64,000 nucleotides of DNA from Xylographa opegraphella (lineage: Eukaryota), in the NCBI GenBank assembly GCA_022813865.1, contig JALDZX010000027.1, forward strand, positions 1 through 64,000, written 5' to 3'. Both the position numbers and the translations under genes were made by a program. The first letter of the stretch is position 1. Every line of letters starts with the position of its first letter. The notes under the pieces are model-generated. The model saw only the letters and a list, made by a program, of their open reading frames with translations. It did no database searches and was not told the DNA's origin. Of the stretch, positions 27,118-38,324 are shown piece after piece.

Positions 27118-27147
27118 AAGCCGGAAGCCGGAAGCCGGAACGCCGGA
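27118..27147. repeat. Short tandem repeat (AAGCCGG)x3 plus a degenerate copy
   Basis: aagccggaagccggaagccggaacgccgga, about 1.1 kb upstream of the WSC gene. Confidence 0.7.
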
Positions 27148-28267
27148 TACGGAGCTAGGCTAACGGGAAGACTAACTCAATTGATCCTGGTCCGCGATGC
27201 AGGAACGAAGGAACTGAAAGTGTTGGGTCAAATAATGCCGACGACGGAGGATCACAAGTTTCATGATCCGCCGCGTAGATGATAGAGCCACGATGGAGGC
27301 CGTGAACACAGACTGTCGTTGTCTGTTTGTTATGACTTGGAAAGTCAAGCGGCCACTGAGCAAACAAAAGAGACCGCTCAAAAACACGAAACGGGGCTCT
27401 GTCATGCGGACCCTCCTTGTTGTTTGAGCCGCCAATTTTCTCCCTCGCTTCGGCCAATCACAGCGTCTTTAATTTCCCACTGGCCCCGAAGCGTCACTCC
27501 CCCCATAATATGCTACTCTCCTCCTTCGCATGAGTGATTCCCTCTCGTGAATACGATACGACTCTCACTCGCCTTCTCTCCCCAGTACTGTAGTCCTTCC
27601 TTGAAGCCATGCGAGGTCGGGGCTGATCAGTTGATGCCACACCTCTCGCCGTTCCCTCTTTCAACACTTTGACACTCTCTCGAAATCTGGCATTTCACCA
27701 CGCTCGTTACGCATTCTAGACAATAGGGTCGCCACGGACGGCCACCGAGGCCTGGCCTACTGAGCATCACCGGAGACCGAGCAGAAGATAGCAATCAACA
27801 CTAATACTTCCACCAGTCAATTCATTCGAATACTGCCATCTCACCACACGACTCTGACTCCGACACCGTGTGGCCGTTTCCGACTTACGCGTCGTCCTTG
27901 ACTCCCTTTGGATCCAAACAGACCTCTGATCATTCTTTCGACAGTTCTCATAGCCATCACTTGCAATATTTCGATACTTCACGCGCGAACTCTTTGACAT
28001 CTTTGTTGATTGTCGAGAGAGAGAGTCGTTGGATCGACCGCTCTTGTTGTTTTAGGATAGCCAGACAACGGTAACGCCTGTCCGAACGAACAACCGACAT
28101 TCGATTGCGAACAAAGCCCTTTATTCATCGACGCTCGATATCTGTCAACTCTTTCGAATCACCTCTCTTCCGACCTACGACAATCTATTACTGCGTACCC
28201 CTAGCCCAAGCCTACCCTCATACACCACACACCGTTCGTGATCTTATCAGCGATAAATCAGAACAGC

Positions 28268-29250
28268 ATGAGGTCCATAATATCTTCCACATTCTTGGCG
28301 CTCCTTTCTGTCGCGTACGTCGTGCCCACAACCATGGCACAAGAGCAGCAATCCCAAAGCGATCCCGGGGCTGGACTCACCCTGAACACCCCGACATACC
28401 AAGGTTGCTTCACCATCAGTGACACGCTGGTCGATCAAGGATCGTACACATATCAGGCCATGGGATGGTGTCAACCCTGGTGTGTTCGGCAGAACAAAGC
28501 CATCCTGGGCTTCTCGAACGGCTCCAACTGCTGGTGTGGCGATGCGGTTCCATCTGCGAGTCAGAAGGTGGCGGACAGTAACTGCAACACCAACTGCTCC
28601 GGCTACCCTCTCGACACATGTAAGTATTTCCCTGCATCTGAAGCTTGATCCATTTCACAACCTGCCTACTGACCGAGGTTCTCAGGTGGCGGCTCAAACG
28701 CGTTCGCCGTCTGGAACGATGGCCTGAACCCCATTGTCTCGAGTGTCAATATACCATCGAGTCCTTCCTCGACCACACTCGTCACCAAACCGTCGCCGAC
28801 TGACAGCACTCCATCCGTAGTCACCGTGGCCAGTACAGTGCTCATCACCGGGGCTGCGCAGACTGCTGCCCAAGTCATCTATACCACCGAGGCTGCTGCC
28901 GTGTCAAGTGGGCCCAACAAAGCCGCCATCGCCGCGGGCGTCGTGGTTGGCGTTGTCGGACTCTGTGCTCTGGTCGGTGGCGTTTTGCTCTGGCTACGAC
29001 AGAGACGCCGAAGAGAAATTGAGGAGGAGCATCGTCGGAAAGAGAAACCCGGGAGTAGCTCGGGCGCTCAATCATTGACGGACTCACGCCTCGAACCCTC
29101 GGTAATGTTCCAGCGCCGCATGAGCGATGGAAGCATTGCGGACAATCAAGATTATTCGAGAAGAATCCTCAAGGTAAATGAGATGTCCGCTCCCTGCATT
29201 CTGGTAACATTGCTAACATGAAGAAGGTCACCAATCCTGACGGAACCTAA
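28268..29250 (+). CDS. WSC1: WSC-domain cell wall integrity sensor (Wsc1/Slg1-like); exons 28268-28619, 28686-29173, 29227-29250
   Basis: Signal peptide, WSC domain (YQGCF..C..WC..NGSNCWCG..CNTNCSGYPLDTCGG), Ser/Thr-rich stalk, TM helix AIAAGVVVGVVGLCALVGGVLLWL, tail SIADNQDYSRRILKVTNPD. Confidence 0.92.
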
Positions 29251-29961
29251 GGCCCCCGAGATTGCCCACTACCTACTTCAATGTCGATTAGCGTCTTTTC
29301 TCTAGTACAACCAACCCCGACCTCTATCTACCCTCTCTCTGCTGTATATTTTCTTCTTCTCGGTAACCGGCGCGGTGGTGATGTATGACGAATACGGGAC
29401 GTCTATGTCTGTGGTCGCAACTGAGGCGGGAACGGAACGTGCCGAATGCAGGTGGTCAGGCATAGCAGCCACCGCCAAAACAAAACATGTATTATAGCTC
29501 CTTTATGCAATGTGCACTCAATGGTCCCGTTCCGTCGATGCCGAGGTTGGATCATGCTACTGTTGTTTTGAAATACATCTTATCAGTTCCCCTAATTGAC
29601 CGTTGCATTTTTTTGCCCGAGCAGAGTTTGGCTAGAAGTCAATTGTTGTGATACAGATAGCAGACGCCCGATGTGCCCTAATCGCCCCCCTCCCCCTCCT
29701 CAATCGGGCCGGAGCTTGATCCGTCATCTTCAACCCTGCCCAGTACCAAGCTCCCACCCTATGACTCTACACTCCCTCGAATCCCACTCCGAACCCTTCC
29801 ATGACCCTTTCACTTTCACTTTCAAGCTTCCATCCTCTTTCATTTGTGTATCCTCGAATCCTACGCTATCTTCGGTGGTGACCAGTCTCACTCTTTTTGC
29901 TCGCTGCCTAAACCCCCACTACCCGACTTCACCTCTGTACCTCACCTACACAGCAGGGACC

Positions 29962-30839
29962 ATGACGACCTCAATCAACATCCCCAAACGCAAGCACATG
30001 ACACACGAGTCCATGCCCTCATCCCTATCTTCCTCCTCCTCGAGCTCGCAAACCCCAGCTTCTCCACCTACATCACCCTTTCGGGATGAAAGCCGGCGAG
30101 AGGGGAAGAAGGCCGAGAGGAGGGTGAGCTTGTTAAGTGAGTCATCTCTGCGGATCCGTTGTGGTACAGGACGTGCCTAGAACTTTGGGCTTGAAGATAA
30201 GGAAAGAGGAGGTAGTGGTTTGGCTTGGCTTGGGGGTGAAAGGGTTAGGCATGAGATACACCGCTACGTTTGATGGGTTCTGTCTGAGTATATGCTGAAC
30301 AGCTGTAACTTTAGGCTCGTCCTTGGCAGCCCAGGAGCACACGGTGATCAACATCGGTCATCCAGATGGTCCGCCAAGATTGGTGGGTACTCCCCGAATA
30401 GTTCTACCTCCCTCTGGCACTGTCGAGAGACGGGGTTCGGGTCGAAGCGATTCAAAACCGGTCCACACAGGATTCTAGCAGGAGGCACTCAACGAAGCCC
30501 CGTGTCCCGCACGTTTTGTACAGAGGATCTGCTGACGGTTTCTGCTACAATTAGATCACTTGCGTCCGGTCATCTCAGGGCTTTGATTGGAATCAGGGTT
30601 CGTCTTGCACTTCGACCGAGCGCTCTACCCCACATTTCCCCTTTTCGATTCCAGACCATACACGATTCCTTTCAACCACAACAGCCCTCTCAGCTATCGC
30701 TAACACCTACTCCCCAGAGATCTTCCTTCCCTCCCACTCCGACCACATCTCGCTCTCCCCCGACCTCGAACGCAAGAAAGACCCCGTCCACGAAATCGTC
30801 CTTACCGACGACGAGATCCGCGGCATCTTCCCCCAGTGA
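29962..30839 (+). CDS. Small conserved fungal hypothetical protein; exons 29962-30136, 30315-30382, 30555-30597, 30718-30839
   Basis: Three GT-AG introns give a continuous frame ...RRVSLLSSSLAAQEHTVINIGHPDGPPRLITCVRSSQGFDWNQEIFLPS...DPVHEIVLTDDEIRGIFPQ*. The ORF track shows only fragments of it. Confidence 0.75.
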
Positions 30840-31505
30840 AGGTGGCCGTCCATTCATGCCGACGAGCGTCTCCACCGTCGCCGTTCACAAGAGGTGGATC
30901 TTCGGAGGAGATGAGTGTCAACAGAGTTATGCATAGTACGAAGCCCCTGAAATTGCTGCAGGAGGGCGTTTTGATTTCTTCACACCGACCGGCTCGCCCG
31001 GGTTGGCATTGGGAGTGGTCTGGCGTGAGTGTGAGGTGTGAGCGGGTGTATGGTTTTGGATAAGTAGTGGTGCGAACCTCGACCGTTCCGCCAGGGACCA
31101 TAATCTATATAATTTTGACACGCAAGCGCGGTGGCAGTTTCCCATAGAGTGATTCAGAAACGTGGTTTGTCTTCGTGATGGAATGAAGCGGTATTGTATG
31201 GTGCAACGCACGTTATGGTGATGGTATCATGTAACTTTTTTGGGCCGTTGGAAGAACAGCTGCCTGCCAAGCCCGCTTTCGACCCTGTCTTGCCATCCCG
31301 ACAGGCCCGCTTTTTGGCCCTTGAACACTCTCCTTCGATCGCTCCCCGCCAGCCATGCAAAGCGTCTACCCAACAGGCCCCCACCCTCCAGCTCTATGAC
31401 CCTCTCCCCAATCCCCATCCTCCGCCCCTGCCCCTGCTTCCTCCTCCATCCAGACTCCCTCCTCCCCCCCCCTCCCCTCTCACCCCCTCTTCTCTCACTC
31501 GTTTT

Positions 31506-32574
31506 CTAAATCTTCGGAATCCTAATACTCCGACTCGTCATCATCCCGCCCCAGACGGCAAACACGCCGACGACGGGATGCACAGCGAACACGCCACCCA
31601 GCAGGCCCGCGCCCCACAGACCCCCAGGGACGTCCTCGAGCACGCGGCCCTGGGCGACGCAGTAGGCCATGGCGGCGGCGATGGCGAGCGTGGTGGGGAT
31701 GGGGGTGCCTTCGAAGTACTTGCTCTTGCCCGAGGCGTCCTTGGGCACGGCCGCGACCGTGACGTTGAAGCGCGCCAGCCGCGTGAGGCCGCACAGCACG
31801 AAGAAGGCCAGCACCAGCGCGTCGAGCGGGGTGCGCAGGCCGAGGGCGAAGGCAAACGTGGCGGGGGCGACGCCGAAGGAGATCTGCAGTGGGGGGGAAA
31901 AGGGGGGCTCGTGTCAGCGAGGAGGGGGGTTGTGGTGGTGTCGCGTGGATGGGAGGGGGGTTTATGAGGGGGGAGGAGGGTTTGTGAGGGGCGTGGGGCC
32001 GTAAAGGGGGAAGGCGAGGAGGGCCGTACCAGATCTGCGAGACTGTCGAGTTCCTGGCCCATCAGGCTGCTCTTGCCGCGCCAGCGCGCCACCTTGCCGT
32101 CCATGAAGTCGAAGAACAGCCCGAACGGCATAAAGGCCAGCGCCGCCCACGCGTTGGCGAAGGACGTGGGCGGGCCGAGGCAGTAGCGCAGCGAGCAGAG
32201 GATAGACATGAAGCCGCAGAAGCCTGTAGTGGGAGAGGGGGATGTGGAATGAGCTGAGGGGTCTAGGACAAGATGGGGACTTGGTGGGGCGTACCGTTGA
32301 GCTCGGTGATCAGGTCAGCCATGTGCATGGCTCTGTTGGAAGAGGAGTTAGCATTGTTTGGGGGAAGGGGGAGGAGGGAGCGGGAGGCGTGCTTGATGAG
32401 GGAGAAGTGCCCGGTGGGGGATTCGAGGAGGAGCTTTTGCTTGTCTTGGCCTGCATTGGGGAAGTCAGGACCGTTCGTCTGTAAGGGAGATTTGACACGC
32501 AGGATATACATACTACTGTCTGCAGCGCTGGGTGCGGCGTTCTTCTCGGCAGGCATGCCGGGCCTGCGGGACAT
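31506..32574 (-). CDS. CHO1: CDP-diacylglycerol:serine O-phosphatidyltransferase (phosphatidylserine synthase), 5 exons
   Basis: CDP-alcohol phosphatidyltransferase motif [32 protein letters not shown], plus RLARFNVT and YFEGTPIPT. Introns 32451-32513, 32333-32392 (GC-AG), 32224-32294, 31884-32029. Confidence 0.95.
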
Positions 32575-33525
32575 GGTGAAGGTTCCTCTCGGGAGACGGA
32601 TGGCAAGAAACAATTGAGAAAGTATTCGCTGGTCGCACAGATGCTGGATGCGTAGTATATTTAGGAAAACGGTTTCTTTAATTGGGATTAGCGATACAGA
32701 AAGGACAAGGTCTGCTAATTTGTGCTGCGAAAAGTATTCTATTGACTTTCAGGTTTGCAGACCCCGGGCGTCAAGCGGGCAAGCGCGTGAAGCAGCATGA
32801 CCAACGTCATAGGCTGGCAGAGCTGTTACGAGTCTCAGATCAGAGGCCCTCTAAGTTGAGCCAAAATTAGCTGTTAGTCCTGGGATTTTATTTGTGATTG
32901 AAAAGTCCAGACATCTTCACTGTTTGCCTTGTCGTCTTAGATTTACGGCTATAGCAGGAAGCAATCTAAAGATCCGTAAAGTGCATTCCTCGTTACAACT
33001 ATAGGTACTTGAGTACAGCTTGCTGAGATGTAGTTCTTGGTGCATTAAACAAGAGGATCTTTGCTTTGACCACTTCAAGCTAAATTCACATGAACCTCCC
33101 AGATTGTATAACGTGTTTGTTCATCAAAAAGTCCTTCAAGCCAGGTCGGAGACCGCTCAGGTGTAAGTGAACGATGCCAACTCTCCAAAGAAACGAACAT
33201 CTTCACAAGCTTCAACTACTGGAAATCAACCACTCTAGAGTAATCGAGAAACGTCTAACAAAGCTGTCTCACTCTTCAAACAGGAGTGATACTATACACC
33301 AGTAAATCAACAGCTTGGCACGCAGCGAGGTCGATCTGGAGTTCTCGGAGAACGTGCCTCAGTAAAAACCGAAAAGCCAAAAAGACTACATACATAACTC
33401 GTAAAGCACAGCACAGCACGATACAGCATGCGTGTAGAAGTCTAGATTCAATGACCATACAAACTCCAACTCATCAGCGTCCTTTACGCCGTAGCTCTCC
33501 CCACCAAGGATCCGTGAGAGTATTG

Positions 33526-34632
33526 CTATCTGGATGGCATGTCGTTGAGGTCGTGGGGACTCATCGGTGCCGATCTCGCGCCAGTCAAGTCTCGGGATGC
33601 CGACTTACGTACGGCCTGCGCCATCGTCTCGATCGTCAACTCTCCGGACATGGGTGGGCTGTTCCCGTAGCCCATACCTGGACTGCCAGGTGTCCGGCCC
33701 CCTCGGTTCGGCGAGGTTTCCGCTGTGCGGAACGATGGGGAGCCACTCATCATGGGCGAGACAGGGGATCGAATAGGAGACGGCGAGCGCGCCCCTCCCG
33801 GGGAAACCAAGCTGGGTAGGCTTGACAGCAAAACGGAGTCACGGAGACTTGAATGGTCAGCCTGCTCGGCGTGAACCACGTCGGCGAAAGAGATGAAGCT
33901 GAGTCGTCGGACGTCGGCAGAATCCAGAGCTCCGTAGTTGGAGGCTGCGTCCTCGATGTCTGGGTGAGCGACGAGGTCATCTGGCCACGAGTTGCCGGTT
34001 GCTTCACTGATCCCGGTGCCAGTGACGGTCACCGCGGCCGGTTGGTGGGCCGAGTGCATAACGATCTCCACATTATTGGGATTGAGATGATCATCGGTAA
34101 TGGCCATCGAGGAAGCATCCAGCACAGGAGGAATGTGGTTCTCGGTTGTGATGTGCGCCGGAGTTGCTGGCGAGGCGGTCAAGCCGAGTCCTTCTTCTTG
34201 CACGTTACGTTCGAATATTTGCGAAGATGCAGGTGATGAAAGTCGTGGAGACGCAGAGCGTACATTCCGACCGGGCGAAGAAGGAGCCACATAAGGCTGT
34301 GGTGAGCGTGGTGGAGAAGGAGAAGGGACTTTGGCCAGAACAGCAGACTGCATTGGAGATACCGGCATCGCAGCGTCGGGCACGGCCTTCGTAGTATCTG
34401 CCTTCTTTAGTTTTGGATCTTCCTTCTTCTTGCCGAAGCCCCAAAACCGCCTTTTACCAGATTTAGATTCCTGCTCGGTTTCCGTAGAATCCTTCTCTCG
34501 AAGCCCAGTGGTACTCGATGTGGTCGAAGGAACAGAATCTTGAAATCCGTCTCCCAGCAAAGGAACGTCGGATGTCCTCGATCCAGGCTCGTTGCCAATG
34601 TCGCGTAGTCGGTCCGCTTGAGTAGTTGCCAT
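33526..34632 (-). CDS. Conserved fungal Ser/Pro-rich hypothetical protein (368 aa)
   Basis: Long single ORF with blocks SQIFERNVQE, IPPVLDASSMAITD and RRLSFISFADVV; many SP sites. Confidence 0.85.
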   Translation of the reverse strand: MATTQADRLRDIGNEPGSRTSDVPLLGDGFQDSVPSTTSSTTGLREKDSTETEQESKSGKRRFWGFGKKKEDPKLKKADTTKAVPDAAMPVSPMQSAVLAKVPSPSPPRSPQPYVAPSSPGRNVRSASPRLSSPASSQIFERNVQEEGLGLTASPATPAHITTENHIPPVLDASSMAITDDHLNPNNVEIVMHSAHQPAAVTVTGTGISEATGNSWPDDLVAHPDIEDAASNYGALDSADVRRLSFISFADVVHAEQADHSSLRDSVLLSSLPSLVSPGGARSPSPIRSPVSPMMSGSPSFRTAETSPNRGGRTPGSPGMGYGNSPPMSGELTIETMAQAVRKSASRDLTGARSAPMSPHDLNDMPSR

Positions 34633-35346
34633 GTTGCACCACCCTCCTATTCCAACGAACGATCAAGAGGAAAGAGGACTACAGGATTGACTTGCACCAC
34701 GCAACCGTTGCAGTGGGCTTTATTGTACTGAACCTGAACCCCACAATCAGTACAGCGATTGGAAGCGGACAAGTGAGCCAATGTTGGCCCCGAAAGTCTC
34801 ACCTCTGTTGGCGGTTCAATCGTGTTCGTAGTAAGAAACGGGGACCGCTGACAAGGGCGCCTCTATATGTGATCTCCGATCCTGCGCAGGCGGCAGCTCC
34901 GAAACAACGAAGAGGGAATTCGTGCGAGAACCTCAGCACACGGGGGACTTAAGCGTGAGGGATGGAAGTGAGATTCAGGTGAAGTGATACAATGTGTGCC
35001 GTGAAGCTGTTTCTTACAGCGCACCTGACATCGACGGTTTGGGGGGGGAATCCGGGAGTTGAACAGGCCATGACGAACGGACGAAACGAACCGTCGCTCA
35101 CACGCAGGGGTAAAAGCCAAGCAGGGCGGCACGAGAGCGAGGCAGACTCCGGCCCCGCGTATTACACATACCGGATCGCGCAGTTTGACTCCCGTCCAGG
35201 CCAAGCTAACCGTCTCACTAGCTCGCTCCAAGCTCCTCTCGAATTTCTCTTTCACGAGAAGTAATCTACTGAAAGACCGGGTCAAACAATCCAGTCCTCA
35301 GCACCATGGAAGGGTGAACGACGTCCACTTCTCTCACGACGCCGAC

Positions 35347-35958
35347 ATGAGCATCCTCCCGCCGCGACGGCCTCTGCTCCAACTCACCTTCCTCCTCCCC
35401 TCATGCACGCTGCCCGTCCACTGCACTCCCCATCGTCACGACTCCTCCGCTCGACGCACGACCAAGCGTCTCCGCCCCAAACAAGACAAAGCCGCCATCC
35501 CCTCCCACCACGAGGCACGCGACCACATCGTCTTCAACCCTCCCTCGTCCGCTCCCTCGCCCTACCATACTCCGCTCATCTTCCTGCCGCCCAATGACCC
35601 ACGCCGCCGTCTGCTCGCGCAGGCCCACGCCCACGCGAACCCCTATCAAGACCCGGAACACCGTTTGCCGCCACCCGTGCTGAAGCCGTACGAGAAGTCC
35701 TACGATCTGGACGAGGCGCAGATAGCGGAGCTGCGGCGCTTGAGAGCGGAGGATCCCTTCAAGTGGACGAGAGCCAAGCTCGCCGAGAAGTTTGGCTGCT
35801 CCGAATTTTTCGTGGGCATGGCGGCGCCGGCGACCAAGGAGCGAATCGATTGGTCGAAGCAGTTGCTGGAGAACACGAAGGCGAGGTGGGGAAGGCGGAG
35901 ACTGAATGCGAGGGAGGACCGGACGAAGCGGAGGGAGACGTGGGCGAGGGATGAGTAA
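35347..35958 (+). CDS. MRPL20: Mitochondrial ribosomal protein mL58 (MRPL20)
   Basis: FNPPSSAPSPYHTPLIFLPPNDPRR and IAELRRLRAEDPFKWTRAKLAEKFGCSEFFV; Arg-rich mitochondrial presequence. Confidence 0.88.
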   Translation: MSILPPRRPLLQLTFLLPSCTLPVHCTPHRHDSSARRTTKRLRPKQDKAAIPSHHEARDHIVFNPPSSAPSPYHTPLIFLPPNDPRRRLLAQAHAHANPYQDPEHRLPPPVLKPYEKSYDLDEAQIAELRRLRAEDPFKWTRAKLAEKFGCSEFFVGMAAPATKERIDWSKQLLENTKARWGRRRLNAREDRTKRRETWARDE

Positions 35959-36333
35959 GGATGGGAAGATGGCGGGGCCGCACTTACCGGCCCTTGCCTC
36001 AGACGGTCCACGTTGTCGAAGCCAATGTACATTACTTTGGGCGAGAGGGGGGCGGGGGTATCATGAAGCATGTACAGCAAGTTCTGAGCTAATGTGGGTG
36101 GAACTTCACGAGGCTGAAGACTCAGCTTCCCAAGCATTATACAGAGATCAGTCGTCAATGATGTGATTCACAGGCACACAATCGTCATGCTCATCATACA
36201 ATGTCTAGCCTGGTATCCTTGCCTAACTATTGCCGCGCTCTGGAAGCAAAGACTTTTCCCAACCTGGTCGTGACCTACTGCAAGTCCATCCACGGCGCCT
36301 CGCTGTGCCAAATCAGTCGTCACGTGCATGAGA

Positions 36334-37816
36334 CTACTCGAAGAACTTCTTGAAAGCCGCCTTCTCCTTCTTGGCTTGCTCGGCGGCCTTCTTCTTCACC
36401 GCCGACAGCTCCTTCGTGATGGCAGGGTCTCCGGGGGCCAATTTAGAGGCCGTCTCAAGGTCCTTCAGTGCTTCGTCCTCGTTCTTGAGACCCGCCAAGG
36501 CCAGAGCTCGTCGGTAGTATGCTTTCGCTTTGTCCGACTCCGACACTTCCGATATGTCTATAGCATGGCTTGCACTTGTCTTAGCATCTTCGTAAGCCTT
36601 GAGCTTGTTTTGTAGCAGCGCGGAGTTGGAGTGAAGCGTGAACCGGATCGTCTTCAATTGTTTCGCTGTCTCCGGTGGGTCATCATCTGATGCCGATGGG
36701 TATTCGTTGAGGTAGCGGAGTCCTTTCTGGTACTTTTCCAGGCCTAGATTCAGGTCGCCACCCTTGAAAGCTTTGTTGCCGTATTCTTTCAGCTCGTTCG
36801 CTATCTTGACAATCTGGGGTCCTTTATAGTCCTTGACATCTGCTTGGTCCTCGGGAAAGTCCTCGTAAGGGTCACCTGTGCTATCAACGGTTTTCTCAAA
36901 GCCGGCGGAAGCATCTTCCCCTAGCAATTGGCCACAGTCTTTGCAAATATCAGATGCTGATAATGTAAAGGGAAGGGGAAGTAACACACCGATAATAGTA
37001 ACATCCGGCTGCGGCTTGTCATTCTGCGTCTTGAGATTCTCAATCTTCCGCACTATGCTCTTACCGCTGAGAACTTCTCCAAACACCACGTGTTTGCCAT
37101 CGAGATGCGGTGTTGGCACCGTTGTTACAAAGAACTGGGATCCATTGGTACCTCCAAGCCATGTTAGCTCAGCTCTATCAGATGACATGATCGTTCGTGT
37201 GACGTACCAGGCCCAGCATTAGCCATGGACAGAAGGAATGGTTTCTCATGTTTGATGTTAAAGTTTTCATCCTCGAACTTCTCGCCATATATCGACTCTC
37301 CACCAGTCCCATTGCCAGCCGTAAAATCACCTCCCTGTATCATGAACGACTTTATAACTCGGTGAAACCCAGAACCTGGTAAAAGTCGTCAGTGGTCTAA
37401 GTGCGTCTTCATATAACATCCAGCCGCCTGAACCTTTGTAGCTAAGGGGTTTCCCGGCTCTTCCCATGCCTTTCTCGCCCGTGCAGAGACATCGAAAGTT
37501 CTCCGTAGTCTTCGGAACCACTGCGATGATTCGGTGAGCATGTACTGCCTATGAGGGGCACTGTGGATTCTGACCATCATCGTACTGGGTAGCTAGTCAG
37601 CCTGTGGAATCGAACATCATTGGATTCCTCCGCGTTGCAGACGTTATGGGCTTGCACAACCTGCGCCGAGCCTTACCAATTCGAATGTGATCATTCCTTC
37701 TTTTTTGTTCCCAATCTCGATGTCGAAGAACACCCGACTCCGAGCTGCACATCATGATCAGTGACCAGCTACGATACATTGGGCTAATATACCATACACT
37801 TAGATCCTGAGCTCAT
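36334..37816 (-). CDS. CPR6: Cyclophilin 40 / peptidyl-prolyl isomerase D (cyclophilin + TPR), multi-exon with a 10-nt microexon
   Basis: [79 protein letters not shown] region KAYYRRALA. Confidence 0.95.
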
Positions 37817-38324
37817 ATTGGCAGGGTTCTAGGATAAGAAAGGTATTGGAATAAGATTGATGGGCAGAGGGTACAGGGACAGATGCCTTTTAGTTAGAAG
37901 ATATGTACGAAGAAAAGCAGCCCTGGTAGAGTGACATCTCAGTTCTCGAATGTTCCTGGAAGCTTGGCATGCAAACAACGTGGGGCTCTCTCCTTCAGCC
38001 CCACATTCTAGCAAGCCCTAAGAGTGCACGATCTAGTGAGTAAGGTACACAATGAATATACACTTGGCAAGCTGATTCGAAGATACCACATATCTCGTGA
38101 AAGAGAGACCGAATATGATAGTACAATGTCCAATGCAAGCCAACCGCAAGGTCGCCGATGCATGGCTAGGAATGGAGAGAAACGCCTCGGAGTCCTCCAC
38201 AGACCCGAGAGGTTAACCGAAAACACCACGCTGTGTACACAAATAGTCCCCCGATAACTATTCCATGAAATATCGAGCAAATGCCGAGGAAGACATGCAT
38301 TCGACCACCTTCACCATTTCGCCC

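Noticed and set aside
30137..30717. Longer introns as snoRNA hosts
   Set aside because: No convincing box C (RUGAUGA)/box D pair with a terminal stem, and no H/ACA structure.
37606..37630. GTTCGATTCC B-box-like motif on the minus strand (tRNA?)
   Set aside because: It lies in a CPR6 intron with no T-stem pairing, A-box or cloverleaf.
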